A stretch of 64,000 bases of DNA from positions 64,001 through 128,000 of IMG/VR virus record IMGVR_UViG_3300025646_005482; one strand, given 5' to 3'. Below, piece by piece: positions 1-9,292 of the stretch. The position numbers and the translations under genes are program-made. This DNA is from a virus. A model generated the notes under the pieces. The model ran no database searches. It worked only from the letters and a program-made list of their open reading frames with translations, and had not been told where the DNA came from. How positions within the stretch are numbered: the stretch's first letter is position 1; the number at the start of each line of letters is the position of its first letter.

Positions 1-1
1 A

Positions 2-280
2 CCTCCGCTCAAAGGCAAGAAGAGAAAGAGAAGATCATTAGTCGAATCAGACTGGAAAAATTACTACGGATCAAATCAAGAACTCAAAGATGAGCTAGCT
101 AATGGTGCCGAGTTCGAACGATATGTGGTTCATCTTTGCGAAACAAAAACAGAGTGTGCATATTGGGAAATGGATTATCAAATTCGTTGTGAAGCACTAC
201 TCACAGAAGAATACTATAATCAATTTATTGGTGGGAAGATAAACGGAAAATGGCTAAAGAAAAAAGACGAGAAATTCTAA
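2..280 (+). CDS. C-terminal part of a conserved T4-like GIY-YIG/DenA-like endonuclease (5' end outside window)
   Basis: Hand translation of frame 2: PPLKGKKRKRRSLVESDWKNYYGS...YYNQFIGGKINGKWLKKKDEKF*; the ESDWKxYYGS and YYN motifs are typical of this T4-like family. Confidence 0.65.
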   Translation, partial: PPLKGKKRKRRSLVESDWKNYYGSNQELKDELANGAEFERYVVHLCETKTECAYWEMDYQIRCEALLTEEYYNQFIGGKINGKWLKKKDEKF

Positions 281-471
281 TTTCGCTAGACAATGTGTTT
301 TCTGCACAAATTCAAAGACATAAAGTCAATGTCGATATCATGATTGATAGCAATGTCGGTGTAGCGGAACACCCTGACGTGATGTTAACTATCGAAGAGG
401 AGTTAGCAAAAATGGCCGAATGGGAAGATAAACGCGAAGTATTGAGGAAATATTTTGGCGAGTCCGAATGA
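250..471 (+). CDS. Small conserved phage hypothetical protein
   Basis: 73-aa ORF overlapping both neighbours; VGVAEHPDV motif. Confidence 0.7.
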   Translation: MAKEKRREILISLDNVFSAQIQRHKVNVDIMIDSNVGVAEHPDVMLTIEEELAKMAEWEDKREVLRKYFGESE

Positions 472-691
472 TCACATCGTAGTCATCACACAGGAGGGTT
501 GTCCTCCTTGTGATATGCTGAAGATGTATATTGAACAGAAAGATGTGAAGTGTGTAATGCTAGAAGTGCACACTGATATTTCTTTAGAGGCTGTAGAAAA
601 AATATGGCCAGAATGCGAAGGTTTTCCATTCGTAACCGTGAATGGTGCTTTTATTGGTGATTTAATGTTCTACTTGGAGAGTGGATTGTAA
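455..691 (+). CDS. Glutaredoxin (NrdC/NrdH-like)
   Basis: CPPC active site, FPFVTVNGAFIG (cis-Pro and GG-like motif), 78 aa. Confidence 0.85.
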   Translation: MASPNDHIVVITQEGCPPCDMLKMYIEQKDVKCVMLEVHTDISLEAVEKIWPECEGFPFVTVNGAFIGDLMFYLESGL

Positions 692-870
692 TGTTAGATG
701 TATGGAGAATTAAGAAAACACGAGAGATCGTTTATCCAATGGGTAAAGCCGATGGTAATAATCACACACTAGTTTTATTTCGACATAAGAGACAAACTAA
801 AGCTGGTAATTATGGTCATCTCAGTGCAGTGAGAAATGATAACTTAATCAAGGATCGTGAAAATGGCTGA
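691..870 (+). CDS. Hypothetical protein, 59 aa (not in ORF track)
   Basis: MLDVWRIKKTREIVYPMGK...DRENG*; fills the gap, TAATG coupling upstream and overlap with the next start. Confidence 0.65.
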   Translation: MLDVWRIKKTREIVYPMGKADGNNHTLVLFRHKRQTKAGNYGHLSAVRNDNLIKDRENG

Positions 871-1870
871 GATACTCGCTGGAGAATTTAAACGCAACGA
901 AACAAATGAAAAATCAATGGGCGGTACAGAAGTACTGACCATGAAAGTTGCAGAACGAGCTGACCAAAAATTATTGAAAGAATGCCAAATCATTTCTTCT
1001 CGTGTAAAGAGCGAGTTAGCAGATGATAAGATTCGTATTTTTTGGGCACATGATTTGCCAGGCGATCCTGAGGCCGATTTTTTAAAGACCGATCATGGCA
1101 AAGAAAAGTTTCATAAATTCGTGTTTGTATCTAACTGGCAAATGCAGAGATACATCGACCGCTATCAATTACCATGGAGTAAATGTATTGTATTACGCAA
1201 CTTTATTGATACGATACCCGAACACGAAAAACCCAATGACGGCACAATCAATCTGATATACCACACAACACCACACCGAGGCCTAAACATCTTGGCTGCA
1301 GTGTTTCAAAGGATTGCAGAAAAACATAAGAATGTTCATCTTGACGTGTACTCATCATTCGACATATATGGATGGGGCGCCCGAGACAATGATTACAAAG
1401 AAGTGTTTAAGATTCTCGATGATCATCCGAATGCAACTAATCATGGCGCGAAGCCACATGCAGAAGTCGTAGAGGCACTCAAGAAATCTCATATCTTTGC
1501 ATATCCATCTACATGGGCAGAGACTGGTTGTCTTGCACTGATGGAAGCGATGTCAGCTAAAAACGTCTGTGTACACTCCAACTTCGGCGCTTTATATGAA
1601 ACAGCATCACATTGGACAAATATGTACCAGTTTTACGAAGATCCCAATTCACATGCTGGTGCCTTGTTTAATATGTTAGATTTGTCTATCAATCATTACA
1701 AAGACATGTATCATAACACAGGGCCTACGAAGGTATATGCTGATACATTTTATAGTTGGGAAAACAGGGCAGCCGAGTGGAATTCACTGATGAGTGCGCT
1801 GATTGGCCACATTAAAGATAGATCTGTACCGAAAGATGTTGGACCGGTTTTCAGTTATAAGACAACTTGA
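863..1870 (+). CDS. GT-B fold glycosyltransferase (GT4/group 1)
   Basis: N-terminal MGGTE, WAHDLP, and YPSTWAETGCLALMEAM (E-x7-E) motif; ATG at 863 preferred. Confidence 0.9.
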   Translation: MAEILAGEFKRNETNEKSMGGTEVLTMKVAERADQKLLKECQIISSRVKSELADDKIRIFWAHDLPGDPEADFLKTDHGKEKFHKFVFVSNWQMQRYIDRYQLPWSKCIVLRNFIDTIPEHEKPNDGTINLIYHTTPHRGLNILAAVFQRIAEKHKNVHLDVYSSFDIYGWGARDNDYKEVFKILDDHPNATNHGAKPHAEVVEALKKSHIFAYPSTWAETGCLALMEAMSAKNVCVHSNFGALYETASHWTNMYQFYEDPNSHAGALFNMLDLSINHYKDMYHNTGPTKVYADTFYSWENRAAEWNSLMSALIGHIKDRSVPKDVGPVFSYKTT

Positions 1871-1878
1871 TATAAATA
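1871..1878 (+). promoter_or_regulatory. T4-type late promoter TATAAATA
   Basis: Exact consensus immediately after the GT stop, 5 nt before ATG 1884. Confidence 0.75.
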
Positions 1879-1883
1879 GATCT

Positions 1884-2204
1884 ATGAACAATGTCATAGA
1901 GTTTCCGTTAGATCGTCGTCTGGAACAGATGGCGATTGAGGACGGTTTCAATGTCTACGATAAAGTAGAACTCGCCGAATTAGACACAGATCAATACTTG
2001 TCTGAAATGCTTAGTAGTATGTTTAGTAACGACTATAGAGTAGACAATGAAGATTATGTGTACGATATTTCCTTCTTATACGAGACTCTCAAATCATTTG
2101 TCTATAAGATGAATGATTGCCATCACCCCATTCAACACTTCGCGAAGAACTTATACTGGGATGCAGTACATCCAGACACTACTCAATTGGAATTCGATTT
2201 TTAG
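1884..2204 (+). CDS. Hypothetical acidic protein
   Basis: MNNVIEFP... start typical of T4-like small proteins; follows a late promoter. Confidence 0.7.
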   Translation: MNNVIEFPLDRRLEQMAIEDGFNVYDKVELAELDTDQYLSEMLSSMFSNDYRVDNEDYVYDISFLYETLKSFVYKMNDCHHPIQHFAKNLYWDAVHPDTTQLEFDF

Positions 2205-2205
2205 G

Positions 2206-2234
2206 TTTACAAAGCCACATTTATTTGGTAGAAT
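2206..2234 (+). promoter_or_regulatory. Early sigma70-type promoter TTTACA-N17-TAGAAT
   Basis: GGTTTACA...TAGAAT with exact 17-bp spacer upstream of rnh; resembles the T4 early GTTTAC -35. Confidence 0.7.
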
Positions 2235-2261
2235 ATACCAGTAAATAAGTGGAGTTTAACA

Positions 2262-3098
2262 GTGATTATATTAGATTACAACCAAGTAGCCCTCGCCAGT
2301 CTGATGGTGAGTGGTCCTAAAAACATCAATGCGAATGAAGATCTGCTACGACATATGATCCTCAATTCTATTCGTATGAATAAAGTCAAGTTTGAGAAAG
2401 AGTTCGGCGAGCTAGTTATCGCATGCGACGCTACGTCTAACTGGCGCAAACAGTTCTTCCCATATTACAAAGCGAATCGCAAGAAGAACCGACAAGATTC
2501 TGGTCTAGACTGGAATGAAATCTTTCGTATTCTCAATGCAGTACGCGATGAACTTGCAGAATTCTTTCCCTACCCCACCGTCCGAGTTGAGCATGCCGAA
2601 GCTGATGATGTCATTGCGACTCTTTGTCATGAACACGGTCGCCAACTCGGCGGTGACCCTATCCTCATCTTGTCAGGCGACAAAGACTTCCAGCAGCTCC
2701 AGAAATATTCTAATGTCCAGCAGTATGATCCTACACGAAAGAAATGGATTCGCTGTAATGATCCTGTGGCATTCCTGAAAGAGCATATTATTAAAGGCGA
2801 CACCGGTGATGGTATACCCAATGTGTTGAGTGCTGATGATACATTTGTAGCAAATGCACGACAGAAACCATTACGTTCGAAGAGGATGGCTGAATTGTTG
2901 GAGCATGTACCAGAAGAACTAAGGTATAATTACAGCCGTAATCGTATGCTTATCGATCTCAGTGCCGTACCCAACGACATTAGGGCAAACATCAAAAAGG
3001 TATGCGAAGAACAAGAAGGCAAAGGTCGAGAAAAACTCTTCAATTACTTTATCAAATACAAACTCAAAAATTTAACCGATAGCATCTCGGAGTTTTAA
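2262..3098 (+). CDS. rnh: T4-like RNase H (5'-3' exonuclease)
   Basis: IILDYNQ, WRKQFFPYYKANRK, EADDVIA, ILSGDKDFQQL, GDTGDGIPNV motifs. Confidence 0.95.
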   Translation: MIILDYNQVALASLMVSGPKNINANEDLLRHMILNSIRMNKVKFEKEFGELVIACDATSNWRKQFFPYYKANRKKNRQDSGLDWNEIFRILNAVRDELAEFFPYPTVRVEHAEADDVIATLCHEHGRQLGGDPILILSGDKDFQQLQKYSNVQQYDPTRKKWIRCNDPVAFLKEHIIKGDTGDGIPNVLSADDTFVANARQKPLRSKRMAELLEHVPEELRYNYSRNRMLIDLSAVPNDIRANIKKVCEEQEGKGREKLFNYFIKYKLKNLTDSISEF

Positions 3099-3099
3099 A

Positions 3100-3528
3100 A
3101 TGGCAAAATTAATTAGCGATATCTTTAAAGAAATAGAAAAGGTATCTGGCCGAAAGGCAAAAATTCAAAAGTTACAAGAATATCAAAATAACAATGCCTT
3201 CATGCAAATCTTAGAGGCAGTGTGTGACGTTCGAGTTATTTTTGAATTACCTGACGGCGCGCCTCCCTACAATCCTCCTGAAGATATGATCGATAATACA
3301 GGAGGTCTGTACAAAGAAATACGTAAGATGTATATCTTTACGAAGAATAGTCGTAGCGCCGCCATCCAGCCGTTCAAGCGTGAAAAGGTATTCATCGAGA
3401 TGTTAGAGAGTATTCATCCAAATGATGCTGAGCTGATGCTGAGTGTCAAGGAAAAGAAACTGCCGTACAAAGGCATTACATCAAAACTAGTACAGGAAGC
3501 ATTTCCGGAAAGGTTTAAGTATGAGTAA
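3100..3528 (+). CDS. Conserved T4-like hypothetical protein downstream of rnh
   Basis: LPDGAPPY and KREKVFIEMLESIHPNDAELM motifs; usual rnh synteny. Confidence 0.75.
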   Translation: MAKLISDIFKEIEKVSGRKAKIQKLQEYQNNNAFMQILEAVCDVRVIFELPDGAPPYNPPEDMIDNTGGLYKEIRKMYIFTKNSRSAAIQPFKREKVFIEMLESIHPNDAELMLSVKEKKLPYKGITSKLVQEAFPERFKYE

Positions 3529-3694
3529 ATCTAAGAGAGAAAGTAATTACCGCAAAGAAGAGCGTAAATATCAGGATGGTTCACAGCGAGAATTTATCCA
3601 TGAGTACCGCGAGCACAAAGAAGAAAAATATTTAAAAAATGTTCTCAGATCTAACGATCTGGAAGCTCTGTTGGAAGTTGAAGATTATAAATAA
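3521..3694 (+). CDS. Small charged hypothetical protein, 57 aa (not in ORF track)
   Basis: MSKSKRESNYRKEERKY...LEVEDYK*; overlaps upstream stop and fills the gap. Confidence 0.6.
   Translation: MSKSKRESNYRKEERKYQDGSQREFIHEYREHKEEKYLKNVLRSNDLEALLEVEDYK
3686..3693 (+). promoter_or_regulatory. T4-type late promoter TATAAATA
   Basis: Exact consensus 4 nt before ATG 3698. Confidence 0.7.
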
Positions 3695-3697
3695 AAC

Positions 3698-3931
3698 ATG
3701 CCTACATACACTTATTTTAATTCTGAGTCCGGTGAACAAGAAGAACATTTCCATAAGATAGCTGAAATGGACGACTTCTCAGCTAGGCACCCCCATCTCA
3801 CTCGAGTTATCACAGCTCCGAAGAACAATATTGTTACTGGCATCAATCAAAAACCTGATGCTGGCTTTCGTGATGTCCTCAAATCAATCAAAAAAGCCTC
3901 AGGGAGGGATAATACAGTCAACACCTTTTAA
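3698..3931 (+). CDS. FmdB-like small protein lacking the zinc-ribbon cysteines
   Basis: MPTYTY start, KPDAGFRDVLKSIKK C-terminus; typical position before phoH. Confidence 0.7.
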   Translation: MPTYTYFNSESGEQEEHFHKIAEMDDFSARHPHLTRVITAPKNNIVTGINQKPDAGFRDVLKSIKKASGRDNTVNTF

Positions 3932-3966
3932 CCCGTAAGTTTAATAACAAAAAAAGAGTAGGTTAT

Positions 3967-4707
3967 ATGGCACTTTCGAAGAGACAACGACGCGCGTTAC
4001 GTAAGAATGGAATTTTGGATTCGCGTGAACATGTACCACAGAGAGGCATGAAGCTTCAGCCAATTTTTCCGAAAACTTTTGCTCAACAGTTGACTTTTGA
4101 TGCATACGACTCAGGAGACCATTTACTACTTCATGGAATGGCAGGTACAGGTAAAACATTTATTTCATTTTACTTGGCACTGACAGATTTATTCAATAAT
4201 CCCGACTGCGAGTACTACGACATCACAGTCGTACGTTCCGCGGTACCAACCAGAGATATCGGCTTCCTTCCGGGTAATGAAGACGAAAAGCTATCAGTAT
4301 ATGAAGAACCTTATCGAGCAATCTGTAACGAGTTGTTTCGACGCGGCGACGCATACGATATCCTGAAAGAAAAAGAACTAGTAAAGTTTATGTGTACATC
4401 TTTCGTTAGAGGCTGTACAATGGATAATACTATTGTCATTATAGACGAAGTTAACAACATGAATTTTCACGAATTAGATTCGATCATCACACGAATCGGT
4501 GAAAATTGCAGGGTGATCTTTTGCGGTGATTTCCGACAAAGTGATTTAACTAAACAACAGGAGAGACAAGGTCTTCTAGATTTTATGAAGATTATTGACA
4601 GACTACATGGATTCGAACACATTGAATTCCATGCTAACGATATCGTTAGATCATGTCTGGTGAAGGAGTATATCATTGCAAGAGAAGAACTCGGACTTTG
4701 CGCTTAA
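3967..4707 (+). CDS. phoH: PhoH-family ATPase
   Basis: GMAGTGKT Walker A, IGFLPG, RGCTMDN, IIDEVNN, GDFRQSDL, IVRS motifs. Confidence 0.95.
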   Translation: MALSKRQRRALRKNGILDSREHVPQRGMKLQPIFPKTFAQQLTFDAYDSGDHLLLHGMAGTGKTFISFYLALTDLFNNPDCEYYDITVVRSAVPTRDIGFLPGNEDEKLSVYEEPYRAICNELFRRGDAYDILKEKELVKFMCTSFVRGCTMDNTIVIIDEVNNMNFHELDSIITRIGENCRVIFCGDFRQSDLTKQQERQGLLDFMKIIDRLHGFEHIEFHANDIVRSCLVKEYIIAREELGLCA

Positions 4708-5359
4708 ACTTTTTGAGCCCAAACCCCTAAAACGAATCAACGAGGATGGCCAGAGGCTGTACGTTACTGAAAATGGAGAAAAATATCCATCAGTAACGTC
4801 GGCCCTTGGTGCATTATCGAGGAAGAAGATATGGGAATGGAGACAGCGTGTTGGCGCCGAAACTGCCAACAAGATCTCAACACAGGCATCCCGCGCCGGT
4901 ACTGCAGTGCACCAGATTGCGGAAGACTATATTCTCGGACAGATGAAAGAAGACGTGAATCCGATCGCGTTAAACACCTTTCGAACCATCCAGCCGTATC
5001 TCGATCAGAAAGTGGACGAGATCTACGGCGTGGAACTGCAAATGTATTCGACCGAATTAAAAACGGCCGGAACAACTGATCTTATCTGCCGCTATGACGG
5101 CAAAAACACAATCTTAGACTTCAAAACATCTAAACGTTGGAAATCAAAAGACGAGATTCACTCGTACTTTATGCAAGGCGCTGCGTATGCTACGATGGTC
5201 AAAGAACACTATGATATGGATATCGAACGTATCGTGATTCTGATGGCCGTAAATGCTGGTGAAGGTGCACTCGTATTTGATGAAGCACTCGAAGATTGGC
5301 AACCAATGACACGTAAATTCTTTGATCTATATCATAAAGGAAAACTGAAGGATTTTTAA
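4676..5359 (+). CDS. PD-(D/E)XK exonuclease (Cas4-like fold)
   Basis: YPSVT, GTAVH, AGTTD, ILDFKTS, YFMQGAAYA motifs; TTG start with AAGGAG RBS; phoH-exonuclease synteny. Confidence 0.88.
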   Translation: MQEKNSDFALKLFEPKPLKRINEDGQRLYVTENGEKYPSVTSALGALSRKKIWEWRQRVGAETANKISTQASRAGTAVHQIAEDYILGQMKEDVNPIALNTFRTIQPYLDQKVDEIYGVELQMYSTELKTAGTTDLICRYDGKNTILDFKTSKRWKSKDEIHSYFMQGAAYATMVKEHYDMDIERIVILMAVNAGEGALVFDEALEDWQPMTRKFFDLYHKGKLKDF

Positions 5360-6033
5360 TGGCTACTAAAGAAGTATTTTCGGTTACACCTGATTTCTTA
5401 TCAGTTAAAGAGTGTGATCAACTAGTAAAGTTTTGTGAAAAGTTTAAGGATCGTTGGGGAAATGGCGAAGTATCCGAAGATGGAATTGCGGGTCAAGCTG
5501 CAAGAGATCCTATCCGTAACTGCAAAACGTGGTTTATTCAAGGCGACTTCGATGAGAAAGATCAGAGAGAAGCCGAAAGATTTTACAGGATGATTGATGA
5601 AAGATTCAATCGTGTAAAATTAGAAATGGGTCTTGATAACTGGGTTATTACTGAGAGAGAAGCATTTCAGTATACACACTACGAAAAAAATGACGGATAC
5701 GGTTGGCATAAAGATACACATGATGACCCATACGACTCTGCAATGGGTACTGATCCAGCGCATGACGGTCTAAATAGAAAATTAAGTATGACTATTTTTC
5801 TAAACGATTTTGTTGAGTGGGAAGAAGGTCGCTTTGAAATAGAAAATGCATGGACTCATGGACCTAATGATCCTCATTATAGAATTCATCAGTTCCAACC
5901 AGATTATAGTGATCAAATCAGAAAGGGTACAGCAATTGTTTTCCCTTCATATGTCCAACATAGAGTATCGCCAGTACAATCTGGTGTACGTAAATCACTC
6001 GTCGCTTGGTATCTTGGTCCGCCTTGGGTTTAA
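5359..6033 (+). CDS. 2OG-Fe(II) oxygenase (prolyl-4-hydroxylase/PKHD-like)
   Basis: YGWHKD (HxD), RKLSMT, FPSYVQHRVSPV, RKSLVAWYLGP motifs. Confidence 0.9.
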   Translation: MATKEVFSVTPDFLSVKECDQLVKFCEKFKDRWGNGEVSEDGIAGQAARDPIRNCKTWFIQGDFDEKDQREAERFYRMIDERFNRVKLEMGLDNWVITEREAFQYTHYEKNDGYGWHKDTHDDPYDSAMGTDPAHDGLNRKLSMTIFLNDFVEWEEGRFEIENAWTHGPNDPHYRIHQFQPDYSDQIRKGTAIVFPSYVQHRVSPVQSGVRKSLVAWYLGPPWV

Positions 6034-6506
6034 TTGTTTAGCGGATTATCGAGTATAATCTGAATCTTCTCTTCGAGATCTTTTCTGGTCTGACGTAAAT
6101 CAGCATCGAGCGTTCTCATACGCTCGTTTACTTTCGACTCAATACCATATACATCATCACGCAGTTCGCGCTGTGTAGTATTTGTCTGATCGTCTACACG
6201 TCTAGCAAGGGTCTCGACTTTATCCATATCTTCGGTTAGTCTATCTTCTGCTAACTCAAGCTTCTTCTCAAGCTGATCTATCGTAGCGAGGAGTGATGCC
6301 ATTGATTCTGACTGTACTGCCAATTCTTGTTCTATATGTGACATGTCAGGCGCCACGTACTCCTCAATCTGCGCCTTCATATTACGATAGTCATTATAAA
6401 ATTCGAACGCACCCCATGCACCACCACCGAGAGTCGATAGTGCTGTAAGGACCATAAACATCTTACCGCCCTTAAATGTCATGCCAGCAAATTCAAATTC
6501 TGCCAT
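6030..6506 (-). CDS. Membrane-anchored coiled-coil protein (last gene of envelope operon)
   Basis: N-terminal hydrophobic helix MFMVLTALSTLGGGAWGAF followed by heptad-rich region. Confidence 0.8.
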   Translation of the reverse strand: MAEFEFAGMTFKGGKMFMVLTALSTLGGGAWGAFEFYNDYRNMKAQIEEYVAPDMSHIEQELAVQSESMASLLATIDQLEKKLELAEDRLTEDMDKVETLARRVDDQTNTTQRELRDDVYGIESKVNERMRTLDADLRQTRKDLEEKIQIILDNPLNN

Positions 6507-6618
6507 TTTTTTCTGCCTTTTCCGCTATGTATCGTTCGGTTGTTCTAATAATAATATAACCTTTGTCATCATAGACTGTATAAATTAATTGGCCTCCGCG
6601 AGTAACTTCTATGCTCAT
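6493..6618 (-). CDS. Hypothetical protein, 41 aa (not in ORF track)
   Basis: MSIEVTRGGQLIYTVYDDKGYIIIRTTERYIAEKAEKNGRI*; TAATG coupling to upstream gene. Confidence 0.55.
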   Translation of the reverse strand: MSIEVTRGGQLIYTVYDDKGYIIIRTTERYIAEKAEKNGRI

Positions 6619-7079
6619 TATAAAATACTCAGAAAGCCGGCAATGATCATACCAATAAACACAAAGAAGCCGCCGACAGCTGCTACGTCAATATAAAATG
6701 CTTTTTTACGGGCAGCTGCTTGTGCTGCTTCGATTCTACGTTGACGAATCATGCGTCTTTCTTTCATCATATCTTCGTAGAACTGTTGTTGACCAGTATA
6801 AAGCAAAAATTCATATAGTTCTTTTTCGAGTTGCTTTATCTTGTGTCGTGCTGCGGTGACTTGTAGTGCTTGTGCTTCTACACTACTTCCACCAAATAAT
6901 GATCCCACCATCGATGGGTTTTTTGCGTGTTGATCTGCCTCTGCTAGTTGTTCTTTCGCATCAAAGAATTTGGCAAATACATCGTACATATCCTGGACCT
7001 CTTGGCCCTTCTCAATCGCTCCTTTAATCATATTAAATGCAGAACCAGCCATCGACAACGCCGCGGCTATTTCTATCAT
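6618..7079 (-). CDS. Helical protein with C-terminal transmembrane anchor
   Basis: Amphipathic N-terminus, coiled coil, C-terminal TM FYIDVAAVGGFFVFIGMIIAGFLSIL. Confidence 0.8.
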   Translation of the reverse strand: MIEIAAALSMAGSAFNMIKGAIEKGQEVQDMYDVFAKFFDAKEQLAEADQHAKNPSMVGSLFGGSSVEAQALQVTAARHKIKQLEKELYEFLLYTGQQQFYEDMMKERRMIRQRRIEAAQAAARKKAFYIDVAAVGGFFVFIGMIIAGFLSIL

Positions 7080-7084
7080 TATGA

Positions 7085-7537
7085 TTACTCTCCGTTAGCT
7101 AATACACTCGGTGCCGTCGGAGCCTCAAACTGTAGGTTCCGAAGGTTTTGTATCTCCTGTTGTAACTTCAGCACCTCGAGCCTTTTCTTTTCCAACTCGA
7201 GTTTGTATAATACATTGCAATTGAGTCTTTCTTTCGGCGCTCCAATTGGTATGGTGATTCTACCATATACGCCGATGTCTCTCATAAAATCGTCTTGTCG
7301 GAAATTATAAGTTGGATCCATACCACCATAAAATGGATCATTCTGATTTAAAATTCCTACAACACCGAACTCTACGTTCGTTGATGAACCGATAGCAGCC
7401 GAACATTCCAAATCACCAGCCCGTATTCTATCTGACTGGAAACTCTGCGGAGATTGTGGAATTGCTAAGTTGATACCACTTGATTGTGCATATGTAAACA
7501 TCGGTAACATCAACAGCATTATAATTATTTTTTTCAT
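7085..7537 (-). CDS. Secreted protein with two amphipathic beta-strands, Cys pair and C-terminal coiled coil (candidate oligomeric outer-membrane channel)
   Basis: Signal peptide MKKIIIMLLMLPMFTYA; strands TNVEFGVVG and IGVYGRITIPIG; ATGA overlap with upstream stop. Confidence 0.7.
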   Translation of the reverse strand: MKKIIIMLLMLPMFTYAQSSGINLAIPQSPQSFQSDRIRAGDLECSAAIGSSTNVEFGVVGILNQNDPFYGGMDPTYNFRQDDFMRDIGVYGRITIPIGAPKERLNCNVLYKLELEKKRLEVLKLQQEIQNLRNLQFEAPTAPSVLANGE

Positions 7538-7911
7538 TTTACTTTTGAACATACCCTAGAAGAAACTAAACTCGCAGATAGTCTTTGTTTCTCATGTAAT
7601 GAGAGAGAACAAATGTAACGCACACGCGGTACATCTGCCTTTCTTATGTATATATTTATTTTTTTGCGCTCGAGATACTGTACATTTACTGTACGGCCAT
7701 CAGTCATGGCCCACGGTATATGTTCCCAATTATCGGTGTATACTTCGAAAGTGTAGTATGATACGTCTGCGCGAGAGTTCCAAAGAAGCATCTCAGCAAC
7801 ATAAACATCTTTGACGTATGACATTTTGAGTTCGGGATAGGTGGGAGTCCATGCGTGGGCCCATGCGGACCCACTCATGACTGTAAACAAGAGAGCCATA
7901 ATATAGCGCAT
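7534..7911 (-). CDS. Secreted beta-sandwich protein, possibly pilus-chaperone-like
   Basis: Signal peptide ending SAWA; alternating beta pattern; C-terminal Cys pair (YICS...RVCS). Confidence 0.65.
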   Translation of the reverse strand: MRYIMALLFTVMSGSAWAHAWTPTYPELKMSYVKDVYVAEMLLWNSRADVSYYTFEVYTDNWEHIPWAMTDGRTVNVQYLERKKINIYIRKADVPRVRYICSLSLHEKQRLSASLVSSRVCSKVK

Positions 7912-7913
7912 GG

Positions 7914-8411
7914 TTAGATCGCTATGCAGTTAGCCTGAACGATTGCAGTGTACGTACCGCCAGGAAGTGCTTTGCTAATACCATAGTCAGCTTCTGAACT
8001 GACTTTGAACCATGTGCTACCGGTATACTCGAGATCGATCTCAGTAGTAGAATCATACTCAATCTTACTCGTATCGTATGCAGACATCTGAGCATCAGAT
8101 ACGGCCTCTACCGCAGTAGAACCTGTCCATGCAATTGTATCTGAAAGTGCAGGACTTTGTGAGAAAGATGAAGGATGAGTGATGACCGCTTTATACGCGT
8201 TAGCGATAACAACATCATAACGTACAACAGGCTCTACACCACCATCAACTGAGTCAGTACTAAGTACGCTTGCTGAAGGGTTACCGTATACACCTTGCTT
8301 ATCAAGAGTGACAACACACTTAGACTCAACATTTCCTACGATAGGAGCATCGAGTGCTTGTGCGCTGATAGCTGTCATGGCGATTGCTGCTGCCAAAATT
8401 TTCTTGAACAT
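7914..8411 (-). CDS. Secreted pilin/fimbrial-subunit-like protein
   Basis: Signal peptide ending AQA; early IVGNVESKCVV strand with Cys; C-terminal PGGTYTAIVQANCIA resembling the G-x-Y-x-A-x-V terminal strand of chaperone-usher pilins. Confidence 0.65.
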   Translation of the reverse strand: MFKKILAAAIAMTAISAQALDAPIVGNVESKCVVTLDKQGVYGNPSASVLSTDSVDGGVEPVVRYDVVIANAYKAVITHPSSFSQSPALSDTIAWTGSTAVEAVSDAQMSAYDTSKIEYDSTTEIDLEYTGSTWFKVSSEADYGISKALPGGTYTAIVQANCIAI

Positions 8412-9292
8412 TACTGTTCTCCTTTGTATTGTGATTTGACTAACTTATCATGTAGTACATCTTGTGCAATAAGTAGGCTTCGACCCCGGTTATTTCTAGG
8501 CATCGAAGCATCTTTGAGTTGAATTGTTTCACGATATACTGTATCAGGCAATTGCTCATAATATAGATTAGAGAATTGGCTCATAGCCATTACTTGATTA
8601 TGCTTCGCTGTATCTTGAGCATTTTGTAATGATCTACTAGCTATACCTAATACTGTCTCGAGATCAACCTCTTCTTCATCGTCTTCTTTTTCCTCCATGT
8701 CTTTGCGCTCACGTTCCTCTTCATCTTCGTCGCGCATAGTCATCTCTCTATCAATCTCGTCTTGTACGAATGTATTATCAAGTGGATCTACAACTTCAAC
8801 CGATGGAATATCAGGCATTTGTACCTTATATCCTGGACATGATGGATCCGATTGCGGATCAAAACATGTGTCATACTGATATGTGTAAATAACTGACGGA
8901 TCAGTTACTTTACCATCACCTTCCCATACTATTTCTCCGTCTCCCCAATAATCGATAGGTATTCCACCAACACCTATCACTTTGAAGATAGAATTTCCTG
9001 GCAGACCTGTCCAATCATCTGTCTCTCGAAAGATGTATCCACCATCGACTGCATTCTCGTTTTGCACAGTAACAAGCAATGGATCCTCAGGATTTTTGAT
9101 TGTCGTATACCTATACAAAACTGTGTTGACTTGCAAACCAGCCTGCTGAGGCAAGAGATTACTCATGACCCAATTGTATCCATTCTGTGCAGCGTTGGTC
9201 GTTTGACCAAATACCTGTTCAGAGTAGGAGTAAGAGGGCGAGTATGCCAGCAAGACCGCCACCAGCCATGGCAGTTTTCTTTGTTTGCTCAT
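8411..9292 (-). CDS. Secreted protein: beta domain, CxxPxxDPxCPGY motif, acidic coiled coil
   Basis: Signal-like N-terminus LPWLVAVLLAYSPSYS; CFDPQSDPSCPGY; E/D-rich helix; TAATG coupling to the next gene. Confidence 0.75.
   Translation of the reverse strand: MSKQRKLPWLVAVLLAYSPSYSYSEQVFGQTTNAAQNGYNWVMSNLLPQQAGLQVNTVLYRYTTIKNPEDPLLVTVQNENAVDGGYIFRETDDWTGLPGNSIFKVIGVGGIPIDYWGDGEIVWEGDGKVTDPSVIYTYQYDTCFDPQSDPSCPGYKVQMPDIPSVEVVDPLDNTFVQDEIDREMTMRDEDEEERERKDMEEKEDDEEEVDLETVLGIASRSLQNAQDTAKHNQVMAMSQFSNLYYEQLPDTVYRETIQLKDASMPRNNRGRSLLIAQDVLHDKLVKSQYKGEQ

Noticed and set aside
4676-5359. Cas4-like nuclease as sign of a CRISPR system
   Set aside because: Standard T4-like exonuclease next to phoH; no Fe-S cysteine set, cas genes or array in the window.
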